A DNA stretch of 55,955 bases, counting the filler, from Basidiobolus ranarum (lineage: Eukaryota), in assembly GCA_040143965.1 (NCBI GenBank). It is 4 parts of 4 records of this genome, joined end to end, with 100 filler letters (N's around TTAATTAATTAA, not from the genome) between each part and the next. Parts side by side here need not be neighbours in the genome. Positions count along the whole stretch, not along the records: positions 28,077 to 41,984 come from JASJQH010007329.1; positions 42,085 to 55,955 come from JASJQH010007330.1; 2 more parts are not named here. One strand, written 5' to 3'. Made by a program: the position numbers and the translations under genes. Positions 38,101 through 52,287 of this stretch are shown piece after piece. Position 1 is the stretch's first letter. Each line of letters starts with the position of its first letter. The notes under the pieces were generated by a model. It was not told the origin of the DNA, searched no databases, and saw only the letters and a list, made by a program, of their open reading frames with translations.

Positions 38101-39186
38101 CAAAGACTTGTTTCGGTTGCCCTTGTGCATAATGCTCTCCTCTTGGCGACAAACCCTAATGGATCACTTCTTCTGACTTGGTTACTTGACTCATCCAACT
38201 TGGCTGGGAGATATCGTGCTCTCGCTCCTCAATTTATCGGGCATTTGAGCCATCTCTGTACTCATAAATTGGCGTCTTTGACATTCTTCAAGATTATCAA
38301 CCAAAAAGTGGAGCCTGATGCTCGTGATTTACTATTACAGGGTCTATTCTTACAAGACCAAGTCTTAGAAGATGTACTCAGCGACCAAGTTCACGGTGTT
38401 GGTCTTATTCAAAAGATTCTAGCTAGTAATTATATTGAAGATGCTGACAAGAGTAAATTCTCTGAACGTGTCAAGTTGATGCTTGGAAAACTCCAAGTCC
38501 ATCAGGTGCAGGGATATCGTCGATTGATGGAGGAGCTAGGACTTGGGTTTGGTCCCAAACAGTACCCTGATTTAGCCGGAGCTGGCTATGCTTTCCCCAA
38601 CAACCACGATATGAGTCATAAGCTTAATGCCTCTGCTGGTTTACAAGGCAATGGTTCTGGAGTTGGCAATCCTCTCCAATTCCAAGGCGCTGGGCAGCAT
38701 CCCTTGTTCAATGCTTTAATGGCCAATCCACAGATGGCAGCTGGTTATCCCCAAGCAGCATATAACAACATGTACGCCAACGCAAGCATGTATAACTCAC
38801 TCTTGAATACATATCCTTATGGGATGATGAATATCCCTGGACTTGTCCAAGGAAATAATGGCAACTACCTCGCGCAAAACCAATTCCAAAATCTTAGTCA
38901 AAACCCACAACAACTTCAACAACAATTACAACAATTGCAACAACAACAACTACAGATGCAATTACAACAGCTCCAGTATCAGAAACAAGAAAACCAAGAG
39001 AACCCATCCAACATGGCATCCCAAGCACGTTTTGGAAACAATGCAAAGAGTAATGATAATGGATCGGTAAATGCAGGCCTTCACGAAGGTGGACATTCCT
39101 CGACTTCCGATTATTCTGTAGATAAATTTTCTAGTGATAATGTAGTTTCCTCCGAAAATCACTCGTCATTCCGTCAACACTATTAA
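35181..39186 (+). CDS. Jsn1/Puf2-like RNA-binding protein (2 RRMs plus Pumilio repeats, Q/N-rich tail), multi-exon
   Basis: RRMs (TRSLWIGNI..ECAFVNY; IGNI..HKNCGFVNF) and PUF repeats (DYIGNTVVQKL, HKNGTWAIQK, DQFGNYVIQC, GRFGARAIRACLE). Confidence 0.9.
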
Positions 39187-39743
39187 GACTATCGGATTTC
39201 GAGTATATTGAACTTACATCTAATTCGGAGAATCATTCAAGTCGAAATTATTACTTTATTTTATTATATTTTATTCCATTTTATTACCAAAAGATGTGAC
39301 GTGATCGAGCGCATTCATGCTTCTCCTTCGAGTATATCTGTCGAGATGTCTTGTCTTTTCATTAGCTATTTTTAGTTGTTTCCATATGGAGATTGTAGAG
39401 CCATATCCCCTTCTTCCCTCCTCTTTCCCCTCTCTTCCCCCCACTCCAACATTATTGCTTTCTATGTTCGTTTTATTTTTTTCTCTACAGATGTCCCTAG
39501 TAAATATCAGCATTCATCTCTCGTGTCGAGTCTTGTTCTTCTCTAATCGTATAATAAAAATATGTAGGATATCCATTCATATGGGACTAATTCCTAATTT
39601 CACCTAAAAAATCGAAAAAAATTCTGATTTGACGCGATTTTTTCAATTTCTTTTCGAGCCAATTCGATTCACCTTGACAAAGAAAACACAATCCAAATCT
39701 ATAGGAAACCCCCCCCCCCCTTCCCCGATAGATATATACATTA

Positions 39744-41859
39744 ATGAGGAGAGTCAATAATACTCAAGGAAACTCCGCCATTAACGCGCAACCTGGTACT
39801 TACACAGATTATCGTTTGGTGTCTGGTACGCGAGAAACCCTTCATAACGTTTTAAAGTTTCAAAATTCCAAACCCATCGATCCAAGTAAATTCACACCTC
39901 CCGTAAGATTACATCGTAAAGAAACCAATAGTGAAGTTCCAGAAGTATTACAAGAAATCACCCCTGGTGAAACAGTGACCGAACCAACTACTACTGGACA
40001 AGCTTCTGGTGCTGACCCTACTATCATAGCTCCCTATGGTGGTGCTTCACGTAATAAACAAATGTTATTTAAAAAAAGAACTAAACAAGTGTTCCCTACC
40101 GATGAAGGTAGTAGAAAACTTAAAGAACAAGAGGCAAAACCTTGGGTACTCGAAGATTATGACGGTGGAAATTATTGGAGTGGAAGTTTGGAGGGTGGTC
40201 AACAATCAAATTACTTTTTGTTTGTCTTTTCGGTAGGTGAACCTTCTAAATTATGGTCCTATTAGAGGTCACTAGGTACTTACTATTCTCTTCGGTTGTG
40301 GATACTCCCTCAATAGGAAGATGGCTTTAAAGTGGTCCCAGCTCATAGATGGTATAGATTTCAACAGAAGCTCTCGTATGCAACGTTGACGATAGAAGAA
40401 GCTGAAGAGCAGGTAATAGGACAGTTCTTCATGAATCTCAGATTATCAGGCCTTATTAATGAATTGTATTACAGTTGATTAAAGCACAAAAGAAAGACAG
40501 CGATCGCTGGATGATGCGCAAGCGGTTATTAAGTAAGTTAGAAGGAGACGGAACTGGGGAAGGTGAGGAGCAGTATTTACCGCGAAAACTCAAGGTCGTC
40601 GATCACGAGGATCTGCAGTAAGTATTCCCTCAAACATATTGATGTCTTCTTCGAAGAAGAATTAATTTCGCTTCACTAGCTTCTCCGATGATGATTCATC
40701 TGCGCAAAAGAAAAGACGTAATGACGTGAGCAAGGTATCCATTTCAGAGTTTTTCTTTGGGTTTTGGCAAAGAATAACTAAAATTGGTGTATGTTAAAGC
40801 ATGGAGATATCGAAGAGGTCGATTTCGATGAAGAGTTTGCGGATGATGAAGAAGCGCCCCCAGAATTAGAGGGTGATCAAGACGAAATCAAAGAAGAGGT
40901 AGCCATTCAATCCTTTTCTTTGCGTTTTTCCCATTTAAATTGAATGTGTTGTGTCTATTAGCAAAGTAGAAGGAAACCAGAGCGGATAGTGGCTAGTGAT
41001 GACGAAGAGGAAGAGGAAGAGGAGGACGAGCTGACCACCACGGGCAAAGTAATAAGACTTCTTTTACAACTAACGTGAACAAAATATATTGATCAGCATT
41101 GCTTCAATAGGAGATGAAAAAGGCGCTGTTGACCCTTGAAAAGAACACCGCATATGACTCTGATGATGAAGAAAATCCATACCTTAGTGTTAGTTATGCT
41201 TTTCTTTATAACTTGGTTCTTCATAGAACTAACGTTTACTGTTATCTGTAAAGCAGGAAGATGAGGAGGAAGAAGAACAAGAAGAGGATAAAGAAAAAGA
41301 AAAAGAAATCGAGGAAGAAAAAAAGAAACAAGAGGCTGCAAATCAACCAGCACCTACTAAATCCAGTATCTTCACCCCCAAGCCTTCAAGACCAGTATTC
41401 AAATCTTCGTCTGCGGTCCGTTCCTCTAGTCCCCCTAGATCTGTGAACTCTTTGGATAAAAAACGTAAACCTGAATCACCCGTGAATGATTTTGCTAAGA
41501 AGGTATTTTGATACAATTGAACCCATCCCTGTTGACTTGCTAATTTGTCGTTACCGGTTAAATAGCCTAGGGTACTTTCTCCTTCCGCAACAAAGCCGGT
41601 CACTCCAATCCCTGCTGCTGGTAAGGATAATCCTCTAGCGGGCACCCAAGCTTGTGCTAACTTTATTGGTTTTCTAGATAGCAACTTGATTACTGAGGAA
41701 GAGATTGTGAATCTAATCAGAAATAACTCACTTACAACTAAAGATCTAATTACCAAGATCAAAAAGAAGTTGAAGGCAGACCCGCGTAACAAGCAGCTTA
41801 TAAGCGCTATAGTAAAGAAAGTGGCTACCACCAAAGATGGATTCCTTGAACTTAAATAA
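39744..41859 (+). CDS. TFG1: Transcription initiation factor TFIIF alpha subunit (RAP74), multi-exon
   Basis: HNVLKF..PVRLHRK, IAPYGG, PWVLEDYDG, FKVVPAHRWYRF..TLTIEEAE, acidic middle region and a C-terminal winged helix (LITEEEIVNLI). Confidence 0.88.
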
Positions 41860-41984
41860 GTTGAATATCTACAAAACGTAAATTTCTGTCTAATATGCAG
41901 TGGATCGCTCTACGTTATCGTTACATTTACATTTTAATTAAAGAGATATTAACTTCAATGATATCATTGCTTATAATTCAATGG

Positions 41985-42084
41985 NNNNNNNNNNNNNNNN
42001 NNNNNNNNNNNNNNNNNNNNNNNNNNNNTTAATTAATTAANNNNNNNNNNNNNNNNNNNNNNNNNNNNNNNNNNNNNNNNNNNN
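41985..42084. other. Artificial contig spacer
   Basis: N44-TTAATTAATTAA-N44. Confidence 0.97.
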
Positions 42085-42702
42085 GCTTCATGTATGAGCC
42101 AACGAAAGTTGAGGCGACTCGCCCGCCTTGACCCCTAAATCAGGAAGAAAGCTTAATGAGGAAATAATGGGAATAGTACACTATACTTCTGACAAGTGTG
42201 ATGGCTAGTCTGTCCTTCCCCAAGCAGTTTGTGAAGTAATTGGTATATTGCAAGTACCGAGATCTTTGGGCTGTGTCGGGCTTTAATACGCACATTTAAC
42301 CTTACTTGGAGTGCATGAATGTGCTCGCAGTTTTTTTGCGGTGATTATTTGTATAATATGCCGACATTTTCCTTTTTTATAAGCAGATCTTGTTACTTGT
42401 ACTACAACTGGTGACTATTCTTTGTCTCTTATATGATCTAATATTCGAGCTTGGTTGACCACTGGCATCCTATTAAGAGTAGTATCTCTTCCCTTTAACC
42501 TCTTCCTTTGTTCATAGTAGTGCCATATTTGTAATCTCTCGCCATTTTCAGTATCTTTGTCTGAGTTCTCCTTTCCACGTTGACTTTCAAGAGCTGAAAC
42601 TGTTTTCAAAGGCTACTACTACCTATTATACGAATACGGACACTCGGTATCGATAGTGGAAGACATTCAATTTCAAAGGAATATAGAACTTACACAGTTA
42701 GG

Positions 42703-44089
42703 ATGAAGGTATAATATTTCGTAACTTCTGTTTCCAACTCCTGACTATGCAAACCTTGAGTGGTTCATGCTCACGCCTGGTTTAGCCCACTAAACGAGTC
42801 TGTTACTTCTCGGTCAAATAGCAACAGTGGAACTTTAATACAGCAAAGCTGACGTTAATGTTAGTCTTCCTTGAAGCTATATTAGTGATATCATTTGAAT
42901 CATACATTACATATACGTACTTCACGATGAAATCGGGATTAGAAAACAGCAGTCAAGAAGCCCCGAAGCATGGAACATCCGGCTCGGGAATGGAGAGTAT
43001 TGAAACCTTAAAAGTCAAAGTTAACTCTCTTTTCGTATACTTCATTATCTTCATTAGCTCTCAAATATTTCAAGTAGTACTTATATGGGATGCGGTAACT
43101 ATTTGTTTCGAGTTATAAGCTGCCTTGCTATTGCTAAAACAAATGTACTACCTTTTAGTTGAAATTCCAGAATACCATTCAAATTATTGGGTTTTTGGTG
43201 TTCCATTTCTGCTGTTTTGGATACTCTATTATCCAGTGGTTCCAGCTGTACTCCTTTCTAGACATATTTCGAGTTAGTGATGTACCCGAAGAATTATTAC
43301 TCTATGCTATCATCATCGCAGGTGTAATTCTGCTTTTCCAAATGATATTTACGTTGGCTGGTTGGAAACTATACCAAGAGTTTGGATGGAAGATTTACAA
43401 GCGCATTGGTGCCGATTTACGGATGAAAGGTATTTCCTTCACGACTTGTCGCACTTGAATGGGATTCTGACCTTTTGACTCAGAGCGGTATCGGGCGTAC
43501 CAAATCTTTCTTATGCTGATAAAGATGGATATCTTTTTCTTTTTGGGCTTTTGCGTGCAATTTCTAGTACTAGTGTTGAGAAATTCTGATCTAGAAATCC
43601 CATTGACAATTGCCGCGATGCCGTTAATCATCATCACCTTGATCGTTGCAATTTATGGAATCAGAAGGGAGGACAAGACCATGGTGAGGATTTTTTTGGG
43701 TGGCTTATTCTGTGGTGCTGGATATTTTGCATTCAAGATCATCAAAATGTGGATTCAGAGGCATGAGGATAAATATCAGAATGTGATAATATTCCTCTCG
43801 TTCTTTGGTAAGCTTTCTTCATGGTGGCTTATTTAAAGTTGAATGACTTGCTCATATGGAATTTCTATAGCTGCTCTTTCACTCATAATGATTATATTGA
43901 CTATTGTACAAACGTGGGTATGCCATCGAAACTTTGGAAAAGGGTTGAAAGCATACAGTAGGTCAGCTTTACTATGGTCACTATTCTATTACTTAAGGTT
44001 AACAAGTGTATATAGTTCAATCTTCGCCACATGGGATTGCGTATGCTCAACAGGCCAGTGAACGCTATATGACATTGGAGGATGACTAG
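42703..44089 (+). CDS. Multi-pass membrane protein, UPF0658 (fungal Golgi membrane protein)-like; multi-exon
   Basis: WDA..QNTIQIIG, KLYQEFGWKIYKRIGAD, YQIFLMLIKMDIFFFLGFCVQFL, IRRE and NFGKGLK. The start exon (ATG at 42703) is tentative. Confidence 0.75.
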
Positions 44090-44969
44090 TACATTTGAAT
44101 TCAGAATATGTCTAAACAGGCATGTCTCTGGTTTCCAATTCTCCCTCTTCTAGCTGCTTCTTTACATATATTTATTTCTTGTGTATTTTACTTGCCTGAT
44201 TCACTCAAGTTCACATTTTTGTCTCATTTCCATCCAATACTCAATCCTACTACTTTTACTAGTCCAAAGTGGAGGAAAGCCAGCGGATATATCAAAGAGT
44301 TTCATCCATTCGGTGGACATCGTAAATAGAACATATACATTAACTTTCTGGTACAAGAATCTTTATGAGTAACTGAGATTTACTTTTCCACATTAATTTT
44401 GCTTTGGTCACTAGAATCAAGAGCTTTCGTGGTATTTCGATCAGCATGAGATGATCAAAATTTTCTCAAGCACAAAGTCCCCAGAAGATATACTTCGCTA
44501 GACATCATACAGATGTACTCACTAAGTTTCCCTATATTCTACTGAGAAAAAGGTGAAGATAACAAAATTCCAAAAGTTTGTTTAGACTAGGTACACCTCA
44601 ATTTTAAAATCTGTTGTACATTGTGTAAGAATTATATCTACTATTTCCAATGGGGATTTTGTGTAGTATACACGTTTTACATTGCCACCGTATCCAGTGA
44701 ATTGATATGATATGATTTTATATCTGATCGTGAGTTTTGTACATGCAGTACATTTGAAGAACTGTACATAATACTTTCGTCCAAAAGCTAATAATGATTA
44801 AAAATGTGAAACGTAATGATAAATGCGAAAGTGGCGCTATTTCATCAATGAGAGAAAAGTTTCTTGAAGCTTGATAGGAAACTCTTCTTCTTTTTGAGCT
44901 TTTTAGGAAGTGGTGATAGATTACTTTTTAAGGTGGTGCTCCCGGAATATACGCTACTGGTCGGCGTGG

Positions 44970-45867
44970 CTAAACTGTCCTCAATATCGCTTTTTCCCGA
45001 ACCATTTGCTCAACAAACACTCCAAATTGTTCACCTTGTGAGCGTGCAAGTTCTCGTTCTTTTACTGAGGCGATTCTAGAGCCATCTCCGTTTGTAATAG
45101 TACCTGCACCCCAGGGACTTCCTCCTATGACTTCTGTATTATCTGTAAGGTGTGGTGAAGTGAAGCCTAGCGGGACATAGACCATTCCATGGTGTACTAG
45201 ATTAGTTACGAATGTGTACCCGGTAGATTCTTGACCACCTCTTTGGCATGATGTAGAAAAGAACGTTCCTGCGAATTTGTGACATAAAGCACCCCTAAAA
45301 AAGAACAAGTACGCTTGAGTAAATCAACAATTCTTCTTAAACTGACTTATTGGAAACATACTCGGTCCACAATGAAACGGTTGATTCCCAGAATGCGTGA
45401 TATTGTGACGGCATAGCACCATATCGTGTTCTATATAGGATTGAGTTGGTATGTTTAGTAAACATAAATGTGGAACAATTATTTTGGATGAAAAGTTTAC
45501 TCACGGAATGCCAAACAGGAATCCATCTGCATCTCGCATCTTTTCCAAAGTTATATTGGGAATATCAGGTTTCGGTGGAGCTCCTATGCCGCCAAGGACT
45601 TTGTTCATTAACGTAAAGTCATTCGATTAATTGGAAATCTAGTTTCTTTAGAGTTAGTGAAAGATACCTACGCTCTTCGGGCATGGTTTCCGGAATTTGG
45701 TACATCTCCACTACTATGTTCGGGTTTTTCTCCAGTCCGATTTTGATCTCCTTAGCAAGCTCGTATACGTGCCCATATAGTGAGTAGAAGATAACCAAGA
45801 TTTTGGCTCTACGTATCGGTGAGTGAATTTGAATGGATGGTATTGATCGAACAGACATGTCGTTCAT
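44970..45867 (-). CDS. WrbA/Pst2-family flavodoxin-like NAD(P)H:quinone oxidoreductase, multi-exon
   Basis: FYSLYGHV, ADGFLFGIP/TRYG, GGQEST, LVHHGMVYVPLG, GGSPWGAGT and GDGSR. Confidence 0.9.
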
Positions 45868-48833
45868 ACCAGCAAAAAAGTCTTACCAAGAAAAGTAGAA
45901 TACTACGCAGTACGTCTTTATAAACACTAAGGAAGATTATAATTGGCATTGCATAGTTGCCAAAATCACCAATATATCCAATCTCGTGTAACCGTGATAA
46001 AGCTGTGTTCCCTTCTAGTTGCTTTTATTATGACCTTGTGAATTTATTAGATCATACTGTAACCTCCTCTTCTTATTAGACAGCCAAGTTGGCTTTATTT
46101 GGTATTACAAGAGTATATGAAATTTATTTCCAAGTTGAAGGGAATTAAATAGTGAAACATAGCTCAAAAATACCCAGGTTAATTTTGGATGGTACGCCCG
46201 GCGAAGTGTGAAAATTCGTTGTGTGATGCACATATTTTCCAATTAAAGTTAATAGGCTGCCTTTCAATGACTACTTCTAATGTAAAATATAGAAAGTTCA
46301 GGTGAGAATGAAAACGTTAGAACTCATTAGAGTATTTGTAGTGTAGTTAGTAGCCGTTCTACGAATTGGGAATCACTGTAGCCATGGTCGCACAAAGGTA
46401 TATTGCCAAATCATTAAGGAATTTGTGGCTTTTTTTATCATTCACCAATATCGCAGTTGGAGATAGTATTCAAATTCTACTGCTAGGGTTTGGTAAAAAT
46501 CTATGTTGGTGATTTTTCAAAAGCCTCTTTCGGATGGCCAGTTATGTTGGAACTTGCTCTGTTCAGCACAGATATAGAAGGGGTGGCTATCATTGTATAA
46601 AACTAAGGTATTAGTGTTGCTTCATTCAATCTAGTCAATACAACTGAGGGTATGTCAGTGCCATATGCATGTTACATCTCAATGTGGATTCCATCGTGCT
46701 GCCACCGTATTAGGATAGCATGAGGAAAGCTTATATTGTGTGACTAAAGCTAGGTGATTGGATGCTGTTGGAGACAAGCATTGCATGTATCTGATATCTG
46801 GTAGGATTTACTTGCCTTAGTAGAGAGAAGGAATTTGATCAAAGACATGGGAAATGGCACCAAATTTAATAATACAAACTACAGATAAATCATTCTCCTA
46901 AACAATCCCTGGATTCAAGAGTACTGATTCAGGGTAGTTCGAAACCAGGGGCTTTCTATATTCAACCATCCCAAAGCTTCCCTCTTTCCTCGTTTAGGGT
47001 AGAGTAAACGTTTCAGGATCATCAACTCCTACCGAACAATCATCCATCGAGGATATAGTAAATCTATGTAAGGGGTGTCCGCTTAGTCTACCATCATTGG
47101 CAACGAACGGGACTAATCTGCGAATACAAAGGAATACTTGGATGGCTCCATATTGCGGGCTCAGAGATAGCAGCCAATTGATGTACACTTTCATTAACTC
47201 GTTATGGTAAGCAAGCTTGAATACGTCATATTAGGCACCATCATATTAATAGAATTCTTGAGCGAAAGGTAGTAAGTATTGGCTTTAGAACTCCGTAATA
47301 CTGAAGTCTTGGTCACCCCTTAACCACTCAGACCCTGCCACTTTCCAGTTCTGTTGTAGCGATTTGTCCACGCCACGTATGCCGATCTGGTGGCTTGGCT
47401 ATTTCAAATCTATAAATCCGAGTATTATTGGAGTCTGCAATGTTCGAATCCGATGATTTATGGCTAGCTTGTTCTCAGGAGTTAGGCTCCGTTCTAAGGG
47501 GGTTTGCCTTCAGAGAGACAGATAAGCGGATATCTCAGTAGATTTGTTTATTTCACTACCTGTTTCAATCAAACTAAGTCCAAAGACAATGGATTTCGTG
47601 TGGAGATGGCACATAATAGGGGTACACAAATCCACAACTCCATAAAAGCTCCGCCAACTAAGCCACTGTTTGCTACCGATCTTGATTAAAAACAATGACT
47701 TGGGTATCTTGAGTCATTGTGGTGAATGTCTCCGTAATGTAAGATACTTCGAGGGCTATAAGATACTCGAGCGGAAATCACGCCATAACATGGTTGCTTG
47801 ACAGCCATTAAGCGAATTGATCCAGAGAGCCAATTATCATGCAAATGCTCTAAAACCGATAACAAGTAACTCCAGTTTGACCCGCTATTTCCGGTAGTGG
47901 CCGATGGGATTTTATCGGTTCTAAATATAAGGCAAATCTAGCGCTTGTTTAACAAAGTTGCTGGCAAGAAATAAAGTTTGTTTGGAGTCTTGCAGGATGA
48001 TTGTTATCACGCTTGAATTAGTCCTTATCTATATACAAAACGATTGGGATGTTTCAATTGTCACAAGAATCATTCCTCAACTCCCAAGAATTGAGTGTCT
48101 CAAAAACAGATTTGATACGATGATGTCGGATTGATCAAGTGTAGTTGATGATAAACACTAATGCTTCGGAATATAATTGGATCGGACATGATTGGAGTGA
48201 CTGGCTCAGTTCTCCCCGTGATTCAGCAATAGATTGAACATCAGAATTGCCAGTTCACGTGGGGTAGTCAGGCGTGATCACTTGGTCAGGTTGTAGGTAA
48301 CCAAGCGATTACCAGAGGGGAGGTAGTGTCTTGGTACACTGACCTGTGAAATAAATATGCAATTGAATATGATGCGGCTACATAAAGTGAGGGAATAGGT
48401 CAGAAATTGTTGGTACTTGAAGGTGATTCGTGGAAAAGGAGTGGATAATTTCGGGAGCTGCAGTCTTATCTACCTTCATGGTCACACTCTTTTCTCCATT
48501 ACAAATAATCTCTATCTTTCCTTTGAAATCCTTGTTTTAACCCTAACTATTACTTTCCCCAGCTCATCCCACTTTTGCATACATAACGTATATAATACTA
48601 CCCAAAACAGCCCATATTGACCCAGTGCAGCTTCTCTCTATCAAATCCTCTGCCTCTAACCTACACACTTTAAACCAATACAAATTTTCAAATTGTCTTC
48701 ACAAAATTCAATTCGAGTTACCAAAAGTAAGGAGAATGGTATAGCATCAAAACGTAAAACTAGTGGTCAAATTTCAGAAGCTACAACGAAGGTCATAAGC
48801 TCCGCTCTTAATGAACGTCAAGAAGTTAATCTT

Positions 48834-51800
48834 ATGACAGGCACAAATAAATCCGCTAAATTACAAAAACATTCTAGTAAAGTGGCTGCTCCAGCCATGG
48901 GGGTGAAAGCAGAACCTAAATATTTCAGGTAAGCAGTTTAAGCAATGACTGAAATCACCCACCACAAGGCCAACACTTATCTTTGTATTGATTATTGAAC
49001 TTTCTTAGAGACAACACTTCTTTACATAGTATTAGCTCAGTGCTACATGGGATTTCAACCTATGTAGCATATAGCCTTCCGGAGTCACTCTCTCGTGTTA
49101 AAAGGTCGTCTTTTAAACTCGATTCACCCCACAGTATTCACAAAAACTCTCCTGGAGAAGGTGGGATAGTCACTCCAGAACGTAAAAAAACCGTGACATA
49201 TGCTTCCTTTAAGTGGATTACTGGTCACTTCCATTACGATAAAGCTGATACTAGTCAGAGGTGATATTATCATTTGAGAAATCGATGATATATATATACT
49301 AACGGTCTTATGTTGACAACTAGGAAACTATGTTTATTTTTAGGCTACAACGACGGCTTTCAGATATGGGATCTGACAGATACCGATAGTATTTACGAGA
49401 TTGTTTCCTTCCGGGATAAATCTGAGATCAAATGTGTGGAGGTTAGCAACTATTACTTCACTATATATGTTATTAGAACAGCTGGAACTTACTAAACTAT
49501 TTCATAAGGCTCTTCCCAATCCGAAAGTATCGGCCGAAGCAAGAGCTGATGACTTTCAAGACGCCAGAGCACTGATCGCTTATGTGTAAGATATATTTGA
49601 CTCTTCATTCAGAAAACGCTGATCTAGAATACTCACAATTCTCTTCAAAGCACCGAGAAAAGGGAAGTTATAAATGGGGAAGACCAGATCGGTTCCGTCT
49701 TGAACTTCTTTTCTTTGAGGACTCATGACCATGTGAAAACGATTGACTATGATATTGAAGAGATCTCGAGTGTCAAAGCCAATGAGCGAGCAATTGTGGT
49801 GGTAATAGGAATCCAAGGAAGCTTGTTTTAGCAGTAACTCAATTAATCCTTCATTTAGTTATTAAGATATACGGGTATCGATATACTGTCGCCATTTTCC
49901 TTGGAGAAGTTAACTCGCTTCACAGACATATATTACCACCCTTTTACGGGCTCTCCAGTAGTGGCTTTGGGACACCGCCTGATCGCCTATAGCTCCTCAA
50001 ATCCTCCACCTCTGAGTTCCAGAAACTCGCCTTCCAACAATCAAGCTCATAATTTCAACGTCGAGCGTGTGGCTAAAGAGATGATGAATGGTGTTAAAAC
50101 CATAGGTATTGTGAAATTCACAGATGTAATTTATTACGAATGGAATTAATCATTACGACTATTTCTAGGAGGATATGGTTATAAAACTCTATCAAATTAT
50201 CTGGCAGTGTCCCCGCCCTCGCAAGGCATGTTTTCGAGATATTCCAGCTCTCCAAAGTCTCAAATATCTAGCAGCCCATCTTCTGGATCTTTTACACCAG
50301 AACATAAGCCTATTGACAAATCTTTGCCTGAAGGGATGGTAAAGTTACTGCATTATATAGTGGCAAATCAGTAGAATACCCCGTAGTTAATCAAAGATTT
50401 ATCAGGTAATTGTTCGCGATCTTTTGCCGATTTTGAGTAAAGATCCGCCTTACCATGGCCAAAAGAAGGATTTACCAATCGCCCATTTCCAAGCGCATTA
50501 TCATGCTGTTGCTGCACTAGCGTTCAGCATTAGCGGATCACTACTTGTTACTGCCTCAATTCAAGGTACAAGTTTCCAAATTTTTAGCATTAGCGGTGTA
50601 TCCGGAGACGGTTCTATTGGTTCTGTGAAGCATTTGTATAAGTTGGCTCGCGGATATACCTCAGCTTATGTTGAAGATATTGTATTTAGTCCAGATTCAA
50701 AGTGGCTGGCTGTGAGTACTGGACGTGGTACTACCCATATCTATGCGGTTAACCCATATGGTGGACCGCCAAATGTCTCATCCCATATTAGAAACTGCAT
50801 TGAGAATGAACGTGGTCGGCCCAACAGTTCTCTTGAGGAGTCGCCACATGTTTCCCTCTCATCTATTGTTCGTATTAAACAAAAGAATTCTGGGGTTATT
50901 GATATGGAGATTCCTGAAAATGATGTTTTACTTGACGGCTCACCTGGTGTACATTCCCATTCTCCAACGGATTCATTCCTACAGCAACAAATCCATAGTT
51001 CACCAATTGCTTTTTTCATCAACTCCCACGAGTCCTTATCACCAACTGCGCGCAGAGGAAGTGAAAGCATGCCAAGCGGACATCAAAACATTCTGACCTT
51101 CAATATGAATGGCACCTTAACCCTGCACCGATTGGACATCACAAGTATTCCGTTGAGAAAGAAGAAGCATGGTCAGTACTAACAACCCTTTCACCTCCAC
51201 AGCTGTGAAACATCCCAATGAACACCTTCACATATAGGTATCATCGTTAATACATTTGAACTGAGCGTGTCTGGCGAAGATGTTGCCGAATGGAATCTTT
51301 GCCGAGGTTCTGATTGGCCATTTGTTTCCATCATGGTCGAGGTAAAAGATAGATATGTTCAAGTACACATAGCTAGAGTTCCTAACCATGAATCCATTTA
51401 GAACGAAAAGAGCAAAAAAGAGGATAAAAAAAGATGGCTGGCACAATCCGAAATATCTACTTATCATATTTATGAAGCACCGTTGTGGGGCTCTACACAA
51501 TTTGTATTGCAAACATTTGATATAGAAAACTTCACCAGCCATTCTTCTGCGCCATATCCCGAAGCCAGAAACATTGAATTTCGGAAGGATATGCCTGTCC
51601 CTTATGGAGTGTAAGCTATCCAACGTCACTTGCGATATGCCAGCAGCGTACTAACCCTCCCATTCTAGATACATCCCTAAGAGATCTGAAGATAATGAAT
51701 TCTCCTCTGAGAATGAGCTTGAAGGTAAGCACTAATAGCGGATTATCATTGGGCTCTGTGTAGCATTGACGAATACTGAAATGTTTTTAATGGCTAGGCG

Positions 51801-52287
51801 ACTTGTCCAACGCCATTGATTCTAGCCTGGCTTCACTTCCACCATTGACCAACAAATCGAATGAGATCGAAATTCCTAACTCAGGTCGTAGCAAAGCTGG
51901 TTAGTACCTCGTTTCTTAAATTCAATTGGTTGTAGCTATAGTGCTAATATGGATCGGGCTTTAGAGGACCTATCCTTTGATGACCTCAACTTCATTGAGA
52001 TAGAGGATATATCTGCCAGTAACAATCATGAACAATACACTACCCAATCATCTGTGGAGGATCTAGAATTCCTTGGCTACTTGAACGACGAAAGTAAGGA
52101 GAGAAACGTTCCGGATGAAGAAGAGTTGTTTGATGATGAAGTCGAGAAATATCCAGCCGATTCGCTTTTATTCATGAAATCAGTGGATCTCCAAGAGATT
52201 AATGATTTGGCTGAGATACCAGCTATCATTCCTGACGAGAAAGTCAAGAAGGGTAAGGGTAAGAACAAAAAAGGGAGGAAGTTGTAG
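48834..52287 (+). CDS. BCAS3-like WD40 (autophagy-related) protein, multi-exon
   Basis: LFLGYNDGFQIWD, ALGHRLIAY, IAHFQAH..ALAF..SGSLLVTAS, HLYKLARGYT..IVFSPDSKWLAVSTGRGTTHIYAVNPYGG, AEWNLCRG and WLAQSEISTY..PLW. Start codon uncertain. Confidence 0.82.

Noticed and set aside
41093-41834. Antisense and alternative-frame ORFs over TFG1, and similar ORFs over other genes
   Set aside because: Shadows of real coding exons with biased composition.
47440-47452. GTTCGAATCC resembling a tRNA T-loop
   Set aside because: The flanks do not form a T-stem or cloverleaf.
47692-47720. Hairpin acaatgact..agtcattgt
   Set aside because: Short stem with no context; plausible by chance.
45900-48400. Long intergenic region with short ORFs
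   Set aside because: No recognisable protein motif or consistent exon chain.
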